Assembly (NCBI GenBank): GCA_903906305.1
Contig: CAIVJR010000005.1
Coordinates: 83,667-147,666 of the forward strand
Source: an uncultured bacterium
GTDB taxonomy: Bacteria; Patescibacteriota; Dojkabacteria; SC72
Reading direction: 5' to 3'
Length of the DNA: 64,000 nt
Below the pieces are notes generated by a model. That model was not told where the DNA came from, made no database searches, and saw nothing but the letters and a program-made list of their open reading frames with translations. Positions 46,800 through 56,105 of this stretch are shown here, in pieces (the stretch's first letter is position 1; each line of letters opens with the position of its first letter). A program made the position numbers and the translations under genes.

Positions 46800-47421
46800 T
46801 AACTTTGAGTAGATCCGAGACTAAGTTATAGGGTCGACTATCTATTATCTTTTGAGCCGTTGATGGTCCTATTCCATCAAGACTATCTAACTCTGTTATT
46901 GATGCTGTGTTGATATTAACGCAACTGTTTTCTACAGGGTTGTTCGTTATATCCTCTTCTGGCGTGACATTTTCTTCAGGGTTTTGAGGAGCAATCTCCT
47001 CCTCCTTTAAAGTGAACGGTTTTAATTCACACAGAAGTTCCTCTTTAGAAGGTATATATATCTTCTGATTATTTACTAAAACCTTAGATAGATTTATGCT
47101 CCTTGCTACATATTCTAACGAGGTATTTGTATTAAAACCCCCAGCCTTTTTTACAGCATCAATCACTCGGTCCCCTGGGTTAAAACAATACACTCCTGGA
47201 GTCCTGAGAGCCCCACTAATATCTATGAAGATACTACATTGTGTATTTACAACTTCGGGTTCTGGGCATACGTTATGCTCAACTTGGTAGAATTTCTCTT
47301 CCTTTAAACTTTGTTCTACTGTACTTAGGTTTGGAAAGATATATTTAAGTAAAAAGAAGCCTCCTAAAAGACCTATTACAAGACTACCTATACATAGAAA
47401 GATGATTTTTCTTGATGACAT
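46747..47421 (-). CDS. comEA: ComEA DNA receptor (TM + SLBB + helix-hairpin-helix)
   Basis: GVYCFNPGDRVIDAVKKAGG (SLBB) and INTASITELDSLDGIGPSTAQKIIDSRPY (HhH). Confidence 0.85.
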   Translation of the reverse strand: MSSRKIIFLCIGSLVIGLLGGFFLLKYIFPNLSTVEQSLKEEKFYQVEHNVCPEPEVVNTQCSIFIDISGALRTPGVYCFNPGDRVIDAVKKAGGFNTNTSLEYVARSINLSKVLVNNQKIYIPSKEELLCELKPFTLKEEEIAPQNPEENVTPEEDITNNPVENSCVNINTASITELDSLDGIGPSTAQKIIDSRPYNLVSDLLKVSGIGQATYDKFKDNICI

Positions 47422-47455
47422 ATATCAAATATATCAACAAGATATGAATCTTCGG

Positions 47456-48118
47456 TTAATTTTCCAATATCTGAACAGATACTAGTTTTACATCATTTAC
47501 TGGTTTATCATTTTTGTCTGTTTCAACCTTCTCTATGGAGTCAACAACTGCGAATCCTTTAGTTACGATACCGAAGATTGTGTATTTACCATCCATATAT
47601 TCCGAGTTCTCTGCAGGTATATTGCCAGATGTGATGAAGAACTGAGAACCGTTGGTATCTGCTCCAGAGTTTGCCATGCCTACTACATATGGGCCATATT
47701 TTCTCTCTGTGATTTCATTTTTAACATAGTAGCCTGGTCCACCAGTACCTGTTCCAGTAGGATCTCCGGTTTGTATGACGAAGTTCTTAATTACTCTATG
47801 GAAGATCATATCTTCGTAGAAGTTTTTACCCGTTAAGAACAAGAAGCTATTTACTGTTAATGGGGTTTCTTTCTCTAAGAGATCAATGGTTATATCTCCT
47901 ACTGATGTTTTTAATACTGCTTTGTAATCTATGTTTTTCTCCATGACTTGTTCTGATTGCGTGTATGATGCTTTGGTAAGATCAGATAGTCCTGAATCCA
48001 TACTTAGAAGCCCACCACTCTTAGTTAAATACAGGCCTAATACACATGCAAGAAGTAATCCTACCACTAGGAATAGTATTTTCTTGTTGTCTTTTAATAC
48101 GTCTTTTACTCCGCTCAT
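47456..48118 (-). CDS. membrane-anchored cyclophilin-type peptidyl-prolyl isomerase
   Basis: N-terminal TM helix. FHRVIKNFVIQTGDPTGTGTGGPGY and MANSGADTNGSQFFIT. Confidence 0.9.
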   Translation of the reverse strand: MSGVKDVLKDNKKILFLVVGLLLACVLGLYLTKSGGLLSMDSGLSDLTKASYTQSEQVMEKNIDYKAVLKTSVGDITIDLLEKETPLTVNSFLFLTGKNFYEDMIFHRVIKNFVIQTGDPTGTGTGGPGYYVKNEITERKYGPYVVGMANSGADTNGSQFFITSGNIPAENSEYMDGKYTIFGIVTKGFAVVDSIEKVETDKNDKPVNDVKLVSVQILEN

Positions 48119-48163
48119 ATGTATATATACTATACAGTACCGATATTAAATTGCCAAGATTAC

Positions 48164-51100
48164 TTATATTGGAGCCGGTGGTGGTGGTGGTGGTGGTTCT
48201 GGTCCCTCGGGAGTACCACTACCTACCCACCAGAACCCTTTCTTTGCACCACCGCTATCAAACCATTGCCCATGTCTCATTAATTGATCAATTGTTGGGC
48301 CACTGGATACATAGTCTACTTGTACCTGGCTTAAATATGGCGTTACATTACTATCCCAGCTTGTAAATATCGTTTTGTATTGTACATACTGGGCGCTACT
48401 CGCGAATGATATATTTTCATTTGATGAATTTTTTAGATATCCCGTAGATGATCTTAGGTCATCTATCCACATATTTCTTCCTTCATTTCCATCATTTAAT
48501 CTAAATGTTAAGAGATTGGTTGCGTCTACCTGATTAGATATGGTTCTGTTTTTTACTGGTATATATTCTTTTTGCCATTTAAATACGTCTGCATTTACGG
48601 TATATCCCCCTGATGGGAATGTTGATCCACTATCCCATGAGGATACTGCTACTGCACCTGTACTTAGGTTTACTGTAGAGACTGTTCCTTGAGCTATGTA
48701 TTCAGTTCCATCATAGTTTTCTTTGATTATGACTTTGTCTCCTGCATAGAGTTCGCTTCCGAGTGATGGTAAACCATACTTGGTTGCATCGATATTGAAT
48801 GCATAGTCTCCGGAACCTGTGATGAGGTTACCACTGGCTAGTGATGCTCCAAATGTTACTGTTATATTGTGTGTTCGAAGACCTACCTCATATGCTTGGC
48901 GGATTTCGTCAGCAGTACGTGGTGTATTGTCAATTCGAATTTCATCCATTGATCCATTAAAAAATCTTCCCGCCACAGTTGGGTCATTGCCAATAATAAC
49001 CGCCGTAGCAGTAGTATTGGGAGCCCCAATAGAAGAATCTACTCCCGCTAATTGTCCATCTATATACATCCTAGCATCTGTTGTTCCATTCACCAAAACA
49101 GCGAAGTGATGCCATTGGCCATCGGTAACTGACTGTGGAGACAGAATATCTATTACATTCATAGTACCTCCTGAACTGGTTCTGAAGGATAACTGCCCTG
49201 TGGTTATCCAAGTAGCCAACCACCAGTTTCTGGCTGTTGTAGATGTATTCTTGGTAATAATTCCTTTGTAATCAGAGGTTGTTGTTGTTTTTAGCCAACC
49301 GGAGATTGTAAAGGTTGTTAAATCGAATGAAGTTGATGTCCCTAAGTTAATAATGTCACTTGTCCCGTTAAAGGTCCTTGCTCCACCTAATTTTCCACTA
49401 CTAGTATATGTCGTTCCTGTAGGAGTTCCGTTATTACTTCCTGTAACATTCTGTATATATGCTCCACTTCCCCCTATCTCATCCATATGCCAAAGGCCTA
49501 CGGTATTGATATCTGATTGAGAGTTTGCAAATGCTGATTCCCCCCATGTAGCAGATAGGTATGTACCTGGCCTATCACTTGCTACATTTATAGCCATAGT
49601 ATTCTTAGTAGAGAGGTTTATAGTATTAAGTGTTTGATTAATATATGAATCTCTACCTAATTTATATGATTCTGCTATTTCATTTGCAGTACGAGCAATG
49701 TTTGAGATACGAACTTCGTCCAATGAGCCTTGGTAATATTCCGCTGTCCCAAAATTTCCCAAAGATAGTTCACTTGGAACTCCTGCTCCATAGGTATATC
49801 CCGTAAGTGATTGAACCAAAATTCCATTTGCATATAACTTATAATTCCCTGAAGTATCTACTGTTGCCGCTATATGAGTCCAAGTATTAAGTGGTGGAAT
49901 GTAGGATGATTTATTTTGGGCCGAACCATGAAGTTGAAGAGATCCATCAGTAGCATGCATATATAACATCCAGTTGTAGACAGTTGCAGATCGATTAACA
50001 ACAAGATCTTGATAACCCGTATATCTTGAAGGATTTATCCAAGTTTCTACTGTTAATTCTTGTCCATTTGTCCTATTAAATGCACTAGTGGAGGCACGTA
50101 TATAGTCACTTGAGCCATTAAAACTCCTTGCCCCTCCCACCTTTCCTGCATTAGTATATGTAGTACCAGTTGGAGTTGCATTGTTTGATACAGTTCCACC
50201 AGTATATGTAGAAGGATAGCGTATGATGACAATACCAGATCCTCCAGAGGCACCCGCAGCACCATTCCAACCACCACCACCTCCTCCTCCAGTGTTTGCC
50301 GTACCTGCAGTAGCTGCGGTAGGTGTACTGTTCCCTCCTGAACCACCACCACCTGTTCCACCATTTGGAGTATCAGGATTTCCGAATTGTCCAAAACTAC
50401 CACCACCACCTCCTCCGTATGTAACTGCAGTTCCTGAAATTGAATTGGATACTCCATTACCACCATTACTTCCACCACCAGTAAGTCCATCTGATCCTTG
50501 ACCACTTGCCCCACCACCACCACCAGCGCCATAGTTAATAGAGGCGTTTCCTATTCCACCAGCAGAACCTTGCCCCGCAGTACCAGAAGAACGAGATGTT
50601 GTTCCAGATCTGGATCCACCACCAGAACCTCCGTTAGCTCCAGTAGCATTAGTTGCATTTCCACCATAACCACCACCAACAGCTGTCACAGTAAGGAATG
50701 AGCTATTTCCACCACTAGTATTAGCAGCTCCGCCATTTCCTACAACAACAGTATTATTACCTGCACTAACAGATACGGAAGATGAATATAGTACGCCACC
50801 AGCACCACCACCTCCACCTCCACCAGTAGCAGCTGCAGTTCCACCGCCACCACCACCGGCAACGGCTAACACTTCAACATTACCTGCCCCATTAGCTACA
50901 AATGTACCACCCGAGGTAAAGGTGTGAGTTATATATCCTACGGAATACGATACTGTACCTCCTGTTGCAAATGGAATTGGCGTTATCGTGGAATCCTTTA
51001 AATAGGCTCCAGTACCACTTCGTTCATCTAGATGCCATAATCCAACAGTATTTGAATCAACGGAATATGCGCCATTAGATAATCTCGTAGCTCCAGTACC

Positions 51101-54100
51101 TTCTGTCTTGAAACTACTTAATTTTTGAGATATTGTGCTACTTTTATTCATAATCCCTTTAGTATAGTCAGAAGCAATAGTTGAAGCTGACAAAGCAGTA
51201 TTAAAAATACGAACCTCATCTATAACACCATTGAAGAAATATGAAGCAGTTCCACCATACGCCCCTATTCTTTCCCCAGTTTGTCCAACTCTTAATGTTT
51301 GAGTATATGCCTTACTCGCAGCTAATATCCCATTAACATAAACTCTTTTATTACTTCCATCGTATGTGCAGGCTATATGGTTCCAAGCGTTATTCTTTAC
51401 ATACGTGCTGGTTATGAATGTTAGATCATCCATTGCTGCAGCAGTATTAAATGTTCTAAAATAGAATGTATCTGCAGCTGTAAAGAAACAAGAGTATTGA
51501 GTATTTACAGACCCTTTTTCAAATATAAAACCATTTTGATTAAAATTCGCAGAATATACCCATGATTCAATTGTTAAATTTGTAACATCAAAAACCCCTG
51601 AGCTTGGAATTTCAATATAGTTATTACTTCCATTAAAACCTCTGGCACTTTCAGATTTCCCATTTACGTATGATGCTCCTACTGGTGTAGCATCTTCAGA
51701 TGTAACACCACCTATATTTACAGTAGGATATCGTATAACAACAATACCAGATCCTCCAGAAGCTCCTGCTGCACCATTCCAACCACCACCACCTCCTCCA
51801 CCTGTATTTGCAGCACCCGCAGTAGCCGCGGTAGGTGTACTATTTCCTCCAGAGCCACCACCACCTGTTCCACCGTTTGGAGTTGTAGGATTTCCATACT
51901 GACCAAAACTACCCCCACCACCTCCACCGTATGTAACTGCAGTTCCAGTAATTGAATTAGATACTCCATTGCCACCATTACTTCCTCCACCAGTAAGTCC
52001 ATCTGATCCTTGAGCACTTGCACCACCCCCACCACCGGCGCCATAGTTAATAGAGGCATTTCCAATTCCTCCAGCATAACCTTGTCCCGAAGTTCCCGAA
52101 GAACGAGATACATTTCCAGATGCAGAGCCACCACCGCTTCCACCATTGGCCCCTAATGTGTTACTCGCATTACCACCATAGCCACCACCAACCGCATTTA
52201 AAGAGAGGAATGAACTATTCCCTCCACTTGCATTTGCACTTCCGCCAGATCCAACAACTACAGCATTATTACCTGCACTAATAGCTGTAGAAGCTGAGTA
52301 AAGGACACCACCCGCACCACCACCACCTCCTCCGCCAGTCGCAGCTGCCGTTCCACCACCACCACCACCGGCAACAACAAGGACTTCTACTGTGCCTGGT
52401 TGGCTAGCTGTGAAGGTTCCACCCGATGTAAATGTATGTATCGTATATCCTCCAGAATATGTTACTGTCCCTCCGGTACCAAATGGAACTGGTGTTGTCG
52501 CAACATCCTTAAGATATGCCCCAGATCCATTGGCTTCATCCATTGGCCAATAGGCTACTAATCCAGGATCAGTAGTACTATACAAATATGGATTATCAAA
52601 ACTATACTCAGGATAGTCACTCCCTAATTTAGTCTTAGCTGTCCACCCACTTGTAGTAGAAGAATCCCTTCCTGTTGTACTTGCAAAATTCGTTAGAGTA
52701 CCATTGCAAGCTATACCACAAGTACCAGCAGATATTGCTGTAGTTCCACTCAATTCATTGAACTTCCAATGCGCTAATAGTCCTGTAGAGCTATATGGTG
52801 TTTCAAAATCAGATACAGTGTAATTTGAAGCTATCTCTGACCCTGATAGTACCCTGTTATATATCTGTATGTTGTCTATGCTTCCATCAACGTAACTTGT
52901 ACCGTTATTATATTTACCGATAGTCAAAAGATTTGTACCTGCATCTAATCCAGTTATTCCTACTGTACTAACCGGACTATTAGCATCTTCCACACCGTTA
53001 ATATATAGTCTGAGTCCTGTAGCACTATTGGCTGTAAATGTAGCACATACATGTTGCCATGCACCTGTGGTAGCACTATTGGTAGCACCCTCTATAAAGG
53101 CAGCTGCACTATTTTGTCCTACCCATATCTTGTACATATTGGTACGTCCACTTACCTGGCCTACAATATCCTTAACCAACATTATTCCACTCCATGTACT
53201 ATTATCTACCTTTGACCAGATCATACTGTCTCCAGTCATTGTATCGTTGTTTACCCATGCACATGTAGAGAATGAGGTTAGGGCATCTACAGTTGCAATA
53301 TCTCCTACATTTACATAATCATCATTTCCATCAAACATTAATGCACCATCATTGTATGAGGTCCAGTTACTCCATGTACTGTTGTCTGTACTTGTTCTGT
53401 ATTGGAATTCTATATTTCCAGATTGGTAGTTAGAGAGAATTTCATTAGCAGAAAGGGCACGGGAATATATACGGGTAGAATCAATCATACCTTGGAAATA
53501 ATATTCGTAACTGGCCAGTCCTAATCTTCCGATTTGCAAGACTCCAGCGTTTGCAGTAATAGGACTTGCAAGAGATCCTGTGGTACCTTGTAATACACCA
53601 TTTACATAAAGTAGCATTGTTGTACCATCCCAAGTGCCAACTAAATGATACCAATTTCCAGCAGAGATTACAGCTGAGCCTGTTGCCTGTTTAAAAGATC
53701 CACCTTGATAAATTCTGAAATATACTCTGTTATTATAAACTAATAAGTCATAATGTCCCTCTGCCTGATCTGTTGTTCCTTTCGAAACTATAACACTCGT
53801 TTGTGCACCGGAAAAAGAAGGAAACCCTGTCGGTTCAATCCAAGCTTCAATAGATAAAGCCGTCGTTGGATCAAGCCTACTATCACTACCAGCAGTAACA
53901 TAATCATTACTCCCATCAAACATTACTGCCCCACTTCCCCATCTTCGGTTATTCGCTGTCCATCCTGTCCCTACAGCAGCATCTTGTCCAGTAGTAGTCA
54001 TATTGGTTAAAGTACCATTACATGATGTACCACATGTACCACCACTTACAGCTGTAATACCACTTGTTTCATTGAAATTCCATTGAGCTACCATACCAGT

Positions 54101-56038
54101 AGTACTGTATGGTGTTTCTCCATTACCAGTATTAACACCAGAAGCTAACCAAGACATAGTCATACCTGAGGCAGCCGAACCAAAATCTATGGAAGAGGAA
54201 ATATATTCTGCATATGGAGAAACATTACCACCCGGAGTGTTAGGAGTTGTTAGATATCTCACTATAACACCCCCATTCCCTCCTAATCCCAACGATGCGC
54301 CAGTAGCCATTCCACCACCACCACCACCTGAGAAACTGGCACCACTACCACCACCAGTTTGACCAAAACCAGCACCCCCTGGACCACCAGTGGCAAAAAA
54401 TGAGTTTCCACCACCACCGCCACCATAGTAAGTTGCTGTGCCACTAATCGAAGAAAGATAGCCTGCTCCACCTGCTCCACCTGCTCCCGAGTTTCCAGCC
54501 GCACCCGCAGCACTTGCACCACCACCGCCACCTGCGGAATATGGACTAGCACAACCATATCCAGATCCGCCAGCATTACCTTGTCCAGCTGTACCACTAG
54601 CGCCACCTCCTACTTGTGGCGCACCACCACCAGATCCACCCGTTTTAGGAGCAACCGTTACAGAACAGCTGTTACTACTACCACCACCACCTCCACCATA
54701 CCCAGTTATTGTTCCAAAAACAGAATTTCCTCCATTTGTTTCCGCAGCTCCACCAGCACCACCGGTAACTGTAACAGGAGATGTGGTAACTGCGTATGAG
54801 GCATTGTACACAACACCACCACCACCGCCACCACCACCGTAGGTTCCACCACCACCACCTCCTCCTCCAACAACAAGAGCTTCAACATTCCTACTAGAAG
54901 GACACGACAATGTTGTTGTACCTGTTGAAAATGTATGAATAGTATATCCACCAGAATATGTTATGGTTCCACCCGTACAGTCAGTTAAAACTTCAGCGCT
55001 TTGTTTAATTTGTACTTTAGGTCCCGCTACACTCTCAGTTTTATTAAACACCCCACCACTAAAATCAGTAGTATCATCATGTACAATACTCGGGTCTATT
55101 CTTATGGGATATACCCTATTTGGATCCAACAGCCACTCAGAACTGACTGTAACTTTAGCCTCATAGTTCTCGGCCTTGATTTCATTTATTGTTAAACCAA
55201 CCTCGTATGTCTTGTTACCAGCATCATCTACTGCATAACTAGGTAGGAAATGTGCTAGATACTTACCATTACCATTAACAAAATAGTAAACTTCCGAGCT
55301 CTTTCCATCTACTGTAAACCAACCTTTCTTTAATACCACACCATCATCCACCTTCAAATCAAATACAAACTCATTTAATGGCAACTTACATCCCTCATCA
55401 CAACTATTTCTGTATGCTTCCAAGTCATTTATGACTATCTCTTCCTTCAAACCCAATCCCTTCAATACCTGATATTCCAAATCTACACCATCTGCAACAC
55501 CTTGATTGACTATAGTTTGCTTGGAAATAATTTGATCACCCTCATTTTCCCCTATTTCTCGACCCATTTCAGTAAGTACTGTGGAGGTCTTAATTTCCTC
55601 TGTTCCTAAAATGTCTGCAACTTTCTGTACCTCTTCATCTTGTTGAGCTTTCCCATCTGCCTTAGTTTCACTGAAATCTATGCCTTGCAAAGACATCTCG
55701 ATGCCTGACTTCTTCTTCGGTGTGAATATGCTAGCTATTTTTGTGAAAATGTTTTTCTTTTCTTCTGATGAAAATGGATTATCATTTGAAGTTTTTGCTT
55801 CAAACCTAATCCATTGCCCCTCAGGATTTTCTTTATCTCCAAACTGTACTTCGAAAGTAGGATTTTCATTTGCAAACAGTGCCACACCTTCAGAATTGGT
55901 AAGAATCTTGTCATTGGGTCTTACTCTAACCGCAAGAAAGTAGAAAAGAAGAGTGCCAATTAAAAGCACTATTAAAGGTACTAAATAGTAGAGATCTTTC
56001 TTTTGTTGGGCAGTCAATCGCATGATAAATACTAACAT
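48164..56038 (-). CDS. giant (2624 aa) surface/secreted protein: signal anchor, 3 glycine-rich modules, at least 5 LamG/ConA-like modules, poly-Pro C-terminus
   Basis: N-terminal KKDLYYLVPLIVLLIGTLLFYFLAV. Gly-rich modules start GGT(I/V)(T/S)YS.GY(T/I)(I/T)HTF..G and end GG.G(V/I)(I/V)(V/I)RY. LamG hallmarks are repeated (F(D/N)G..DY, W.H(L/V/I/F), LY(V/I/A)NG, ID(E/S/N)(V/I/T)RI). C-terminus PEGPEPPPPPPPAPI. An alternative start is ATG 56023 (MRLTAQQKK). Confidence 0.8.
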   Translation of the reverse strand: MLVFIMRLTAQQKKDLYYLVPLIVLLIGTLLFYFLAVRVRPNDKILTNSEGVALFANENPTFEVQFGDKENPEGQWIRFEAKTSNDNPFSSEEKKNIFTKIASIFTPKKKSGIEMSLQGIDFSETKADGKAQQDEEVQKVADILGTEEIKTSTVLTEMGREIGENEGDQIISKQTIVNQGVADGVDLEYQVLKGLGLKEEIVINDLEAYRNSCDEGCKLPLNEFVFDLKVDDGVVLKKGWFTVDGKSSEVYYFVNGNGKYLAHFLPSYAVDDAGNKTYEVGLTINEIKAENYEAKVTVSSEWLLDPNRVYPIRIDPSIVHDDTTDFSGGVFNKTESVAGPKVQIKQSAEVLTDCTGGTITYSGGYTIHTFSTGTTTLSCPSSRNVEALVVGGGGGGGGTYGGGGGGGGVVYNASYAVTTSPVTVTGGAGGAAETNGGNSVFGTITGYGGGGGGSSNSCSVTVAPKTGGSGGGAPQVGGGASGTAGQGNAGGSGYGCASPYSAGGGGGASAAGAAGNSGAGGAGGAGYLSSISGTATYYGGGGGGNSFFATGGPGGAGFGQTGGGSGASFSGGGGGGMATGASLGLGGNGGVIVRYLTTPNTPGGNVSPYAEYISSSIDFGSAASGMTMSWLASGVNTGNGETPYSTTGMVAQWNFNETSGITAVSGGTCGTSCNGTLTNMTTTGQDAAVGTGWTANNRRWGSGAVMFDGSNDYVTAGSDSRLDPTTALSIEAWIEPTGFPSFSGAQTSVIVSKGTTDQAEGHYDLLVYNNRVYFRIYQGGSFKQATGSAVISAGNWYHLVGTWDGTTMLLYVNGVLQGTTGSLASPITANAGVLQIGRLGLASYEYYFQGMIDSTRIYSRALSANEILSNYQSGNIEFQYRTSTDNSTWSNWTSYNDGALMFDGNDDYVNVGDIATVDALTSFSTCAWVNNDTMTGDSMIWSKVDNSTWSGIMLVKDIVGQVSGRTNMYKIWVGQNSAAAFIEGATNSATTGAWQHVCATFTANSATGLRLYINGVEDANSPVSTVGITGLDAGTNLLTIGKYNNGTSYVDGSIDNIQIYNRVLSGSEIASNYTVSDFETPYSSTGLLAHWKFNELSGTTAISAGTCGIACNGTLTNFASTTGRDSSTTSGWTAKTKLGSDYPEYSFDNPYLYSTTDPGLVAYWPMDEANGSGAYLKDVATTPVPFGTGGTVTYSGGYTIHTFTSGGTFTASQPGTVEVLVVAGGGGGGTAAATGGGGGGGAGGVLYSASTAISAGNNAVVVGSGGSANASGGNSSFLSLNAVGGGYGGNASNTLGANGGSGGGSASGNVSRSSGTSGQGYAGGIGNASINYGAGGGGGASAQGSDGLTGGGSNGGNGVSNSITGTAVTYGGGGGGSFGQYGNPTTPNGGTGGGGSGGNSTPTAATAGAANTGGGGGGGWNGAAGASGGSGIVVIRYPTVNIGGVTSEDATPVGASYVNGKSESARGFNGSNNYIEIPSSGVFDVTNLTIESWVYSANFNQNGFIFEKGSVNTQYSCFFTAADTFYFRTFNTAAAMDDLTFITSTYVKNNAWNHIACTYDGSNKRVYVNGILAASKAYTQTLRVGQTGERIGAYGGTASYFFNGVIDEVRIFNTALSASTIASDYTKGIMNKSSTISQKLSSFKTEGTGATRLSNGAYSVDSNTVGLWHLDERSGTGAYLKDSTITPIPFATGGTVSYSVGYITHTFTSGGTFVANGAGNVEVLAVAGGGGGGTAAATGGGGGGGAGGVLYSSSVSVSAGNNTVVVGNGGAANTSGGNSSFLTVTAVGGGYGGNATNATGANGGSGGGSRSGTTSRSSGTAGQGSAGGIGNASINYGAGGGGGASGQGSDGLTGGGSNGGNGVSNSISGTAVTYGGGGGGSFGQFGNPDTPNGGTGGGGSGGNSTPTAATAGTANTGGGGGGGWNGAAGASGGSGIVIIRYPSTYTGGTVSNNATPTGTTYTNAGKVGGARSFNGSSDYIRASTSAFNRTNGQELTVETWINPSRYTGYQDLVVNRSATVYNWMLYMHATDGSLQLHGSAQNKSSYIPPLNTWTHIAATVDTSGNYKLYANGILVQSLTGYTYGAGVPSELSLGNFGTAEYYQGSLDEVRISNIARTANEIAESYKLGRDSYINQTLNTINLSTKNTMAINVASDRPGTYLSATWGESAFANSQSDINTVGLWHMDEIGGSGAYIQNVTGSNNGTPTGTTYTSSGKLGGARTFNGTSDIINLGTSTSFDLTTFTISGWLKTTTTSDYKGIITKNTSTTARNWWLATWITTGQLSFRTSSGGTMNVIDILSPQSVTDGQWHHFAVLVNGTTDARMYIDGQLAGVDSSIGAPNTTATAVIIGNDPTVAGRFFNGSMDEIRIDNTPRTADEIRQAYEVGLRTHNITVTFGASLASGNLITGSGDYAFNIDATKYGLPSLGSELYAGDKVIIKENYDGTEYIAQGTVSTVNLSTGAVAVSSWDSGSTFPSGGYTVNADVFKWQKEYIPVKNRTISNQVDATNLLTFRLNDGNEGRNMWIDDLRSSTGYLKNSSNENISFASSAQYVQYKTIFTSWDSNVTPYLSQVQVDYVSSGPTIDQLMRHGQWFDSGGAKKGFWWVGSGTPEGPEPPPPPPPAPI
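50213..50962 (-). repeat. glycine-rich module 3 (near-identical to module 2; about 1.5-kb period)
   Basis: GGTVSYSVGYITHTFTSGGTF...VEVLAVAGGGGGGTAAATGGGGGGGAGGVLYS...GSGIVIIRYP. Long identical stretches are shared with module 2. Confidence 0.8.
51725..52477 (-). repeat. glycine-rich module 2 (near-identical to module 3)
   Basis: GGTVTYSGGYTIHTFTSGGTF...VEVLVVAGGGGGGTAAATGGGGGGGAGGVLYS...GSGIVVIRYP. Confidence 0.8.
54250..54977 (-). repeat. glycine-rich module 1 of giant protein 1 (diverged copy)
   Basis: GGTITYSGGYTIHTFSTG...VEALVVGGGGGGGG...GGNGGVIVRYLT, read from the DNA at these coordinates. Confidence 0.7.
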
Positions 56039-56070
56039 ATACCAGAGGGTATTTGTAGGTTATTTTGCTA

Positions 56071-56099
56071 TTGATTTGCGACCAGAATACGACTATAAT
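56071..56099 (+). promoter_or_regulatory. promoter placed for a leaderless fic transcript
   Basis: TTGATT, 17 nt, TATAAT (56094-56099), then 6 nt, then ATG 56106. Confidence 0.4.
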
Positions 56100-56105
56100 A
56101 TGACT

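Noticed and set aside
50053-50532. Val/Glu/Gln-rich or Pro-rich ORFs inside the glycine-rich regions (also 50223..50501, 51718..52146, 54283..54606, 54706..54951, 58958..59302, 58690..59027)
   Set aside because: They are alternative-frame or antisense readings of long GGN-codon runs inside the giant genes. Their compositional bias is exactly what frame-shifted poly-Gly DNA gives.
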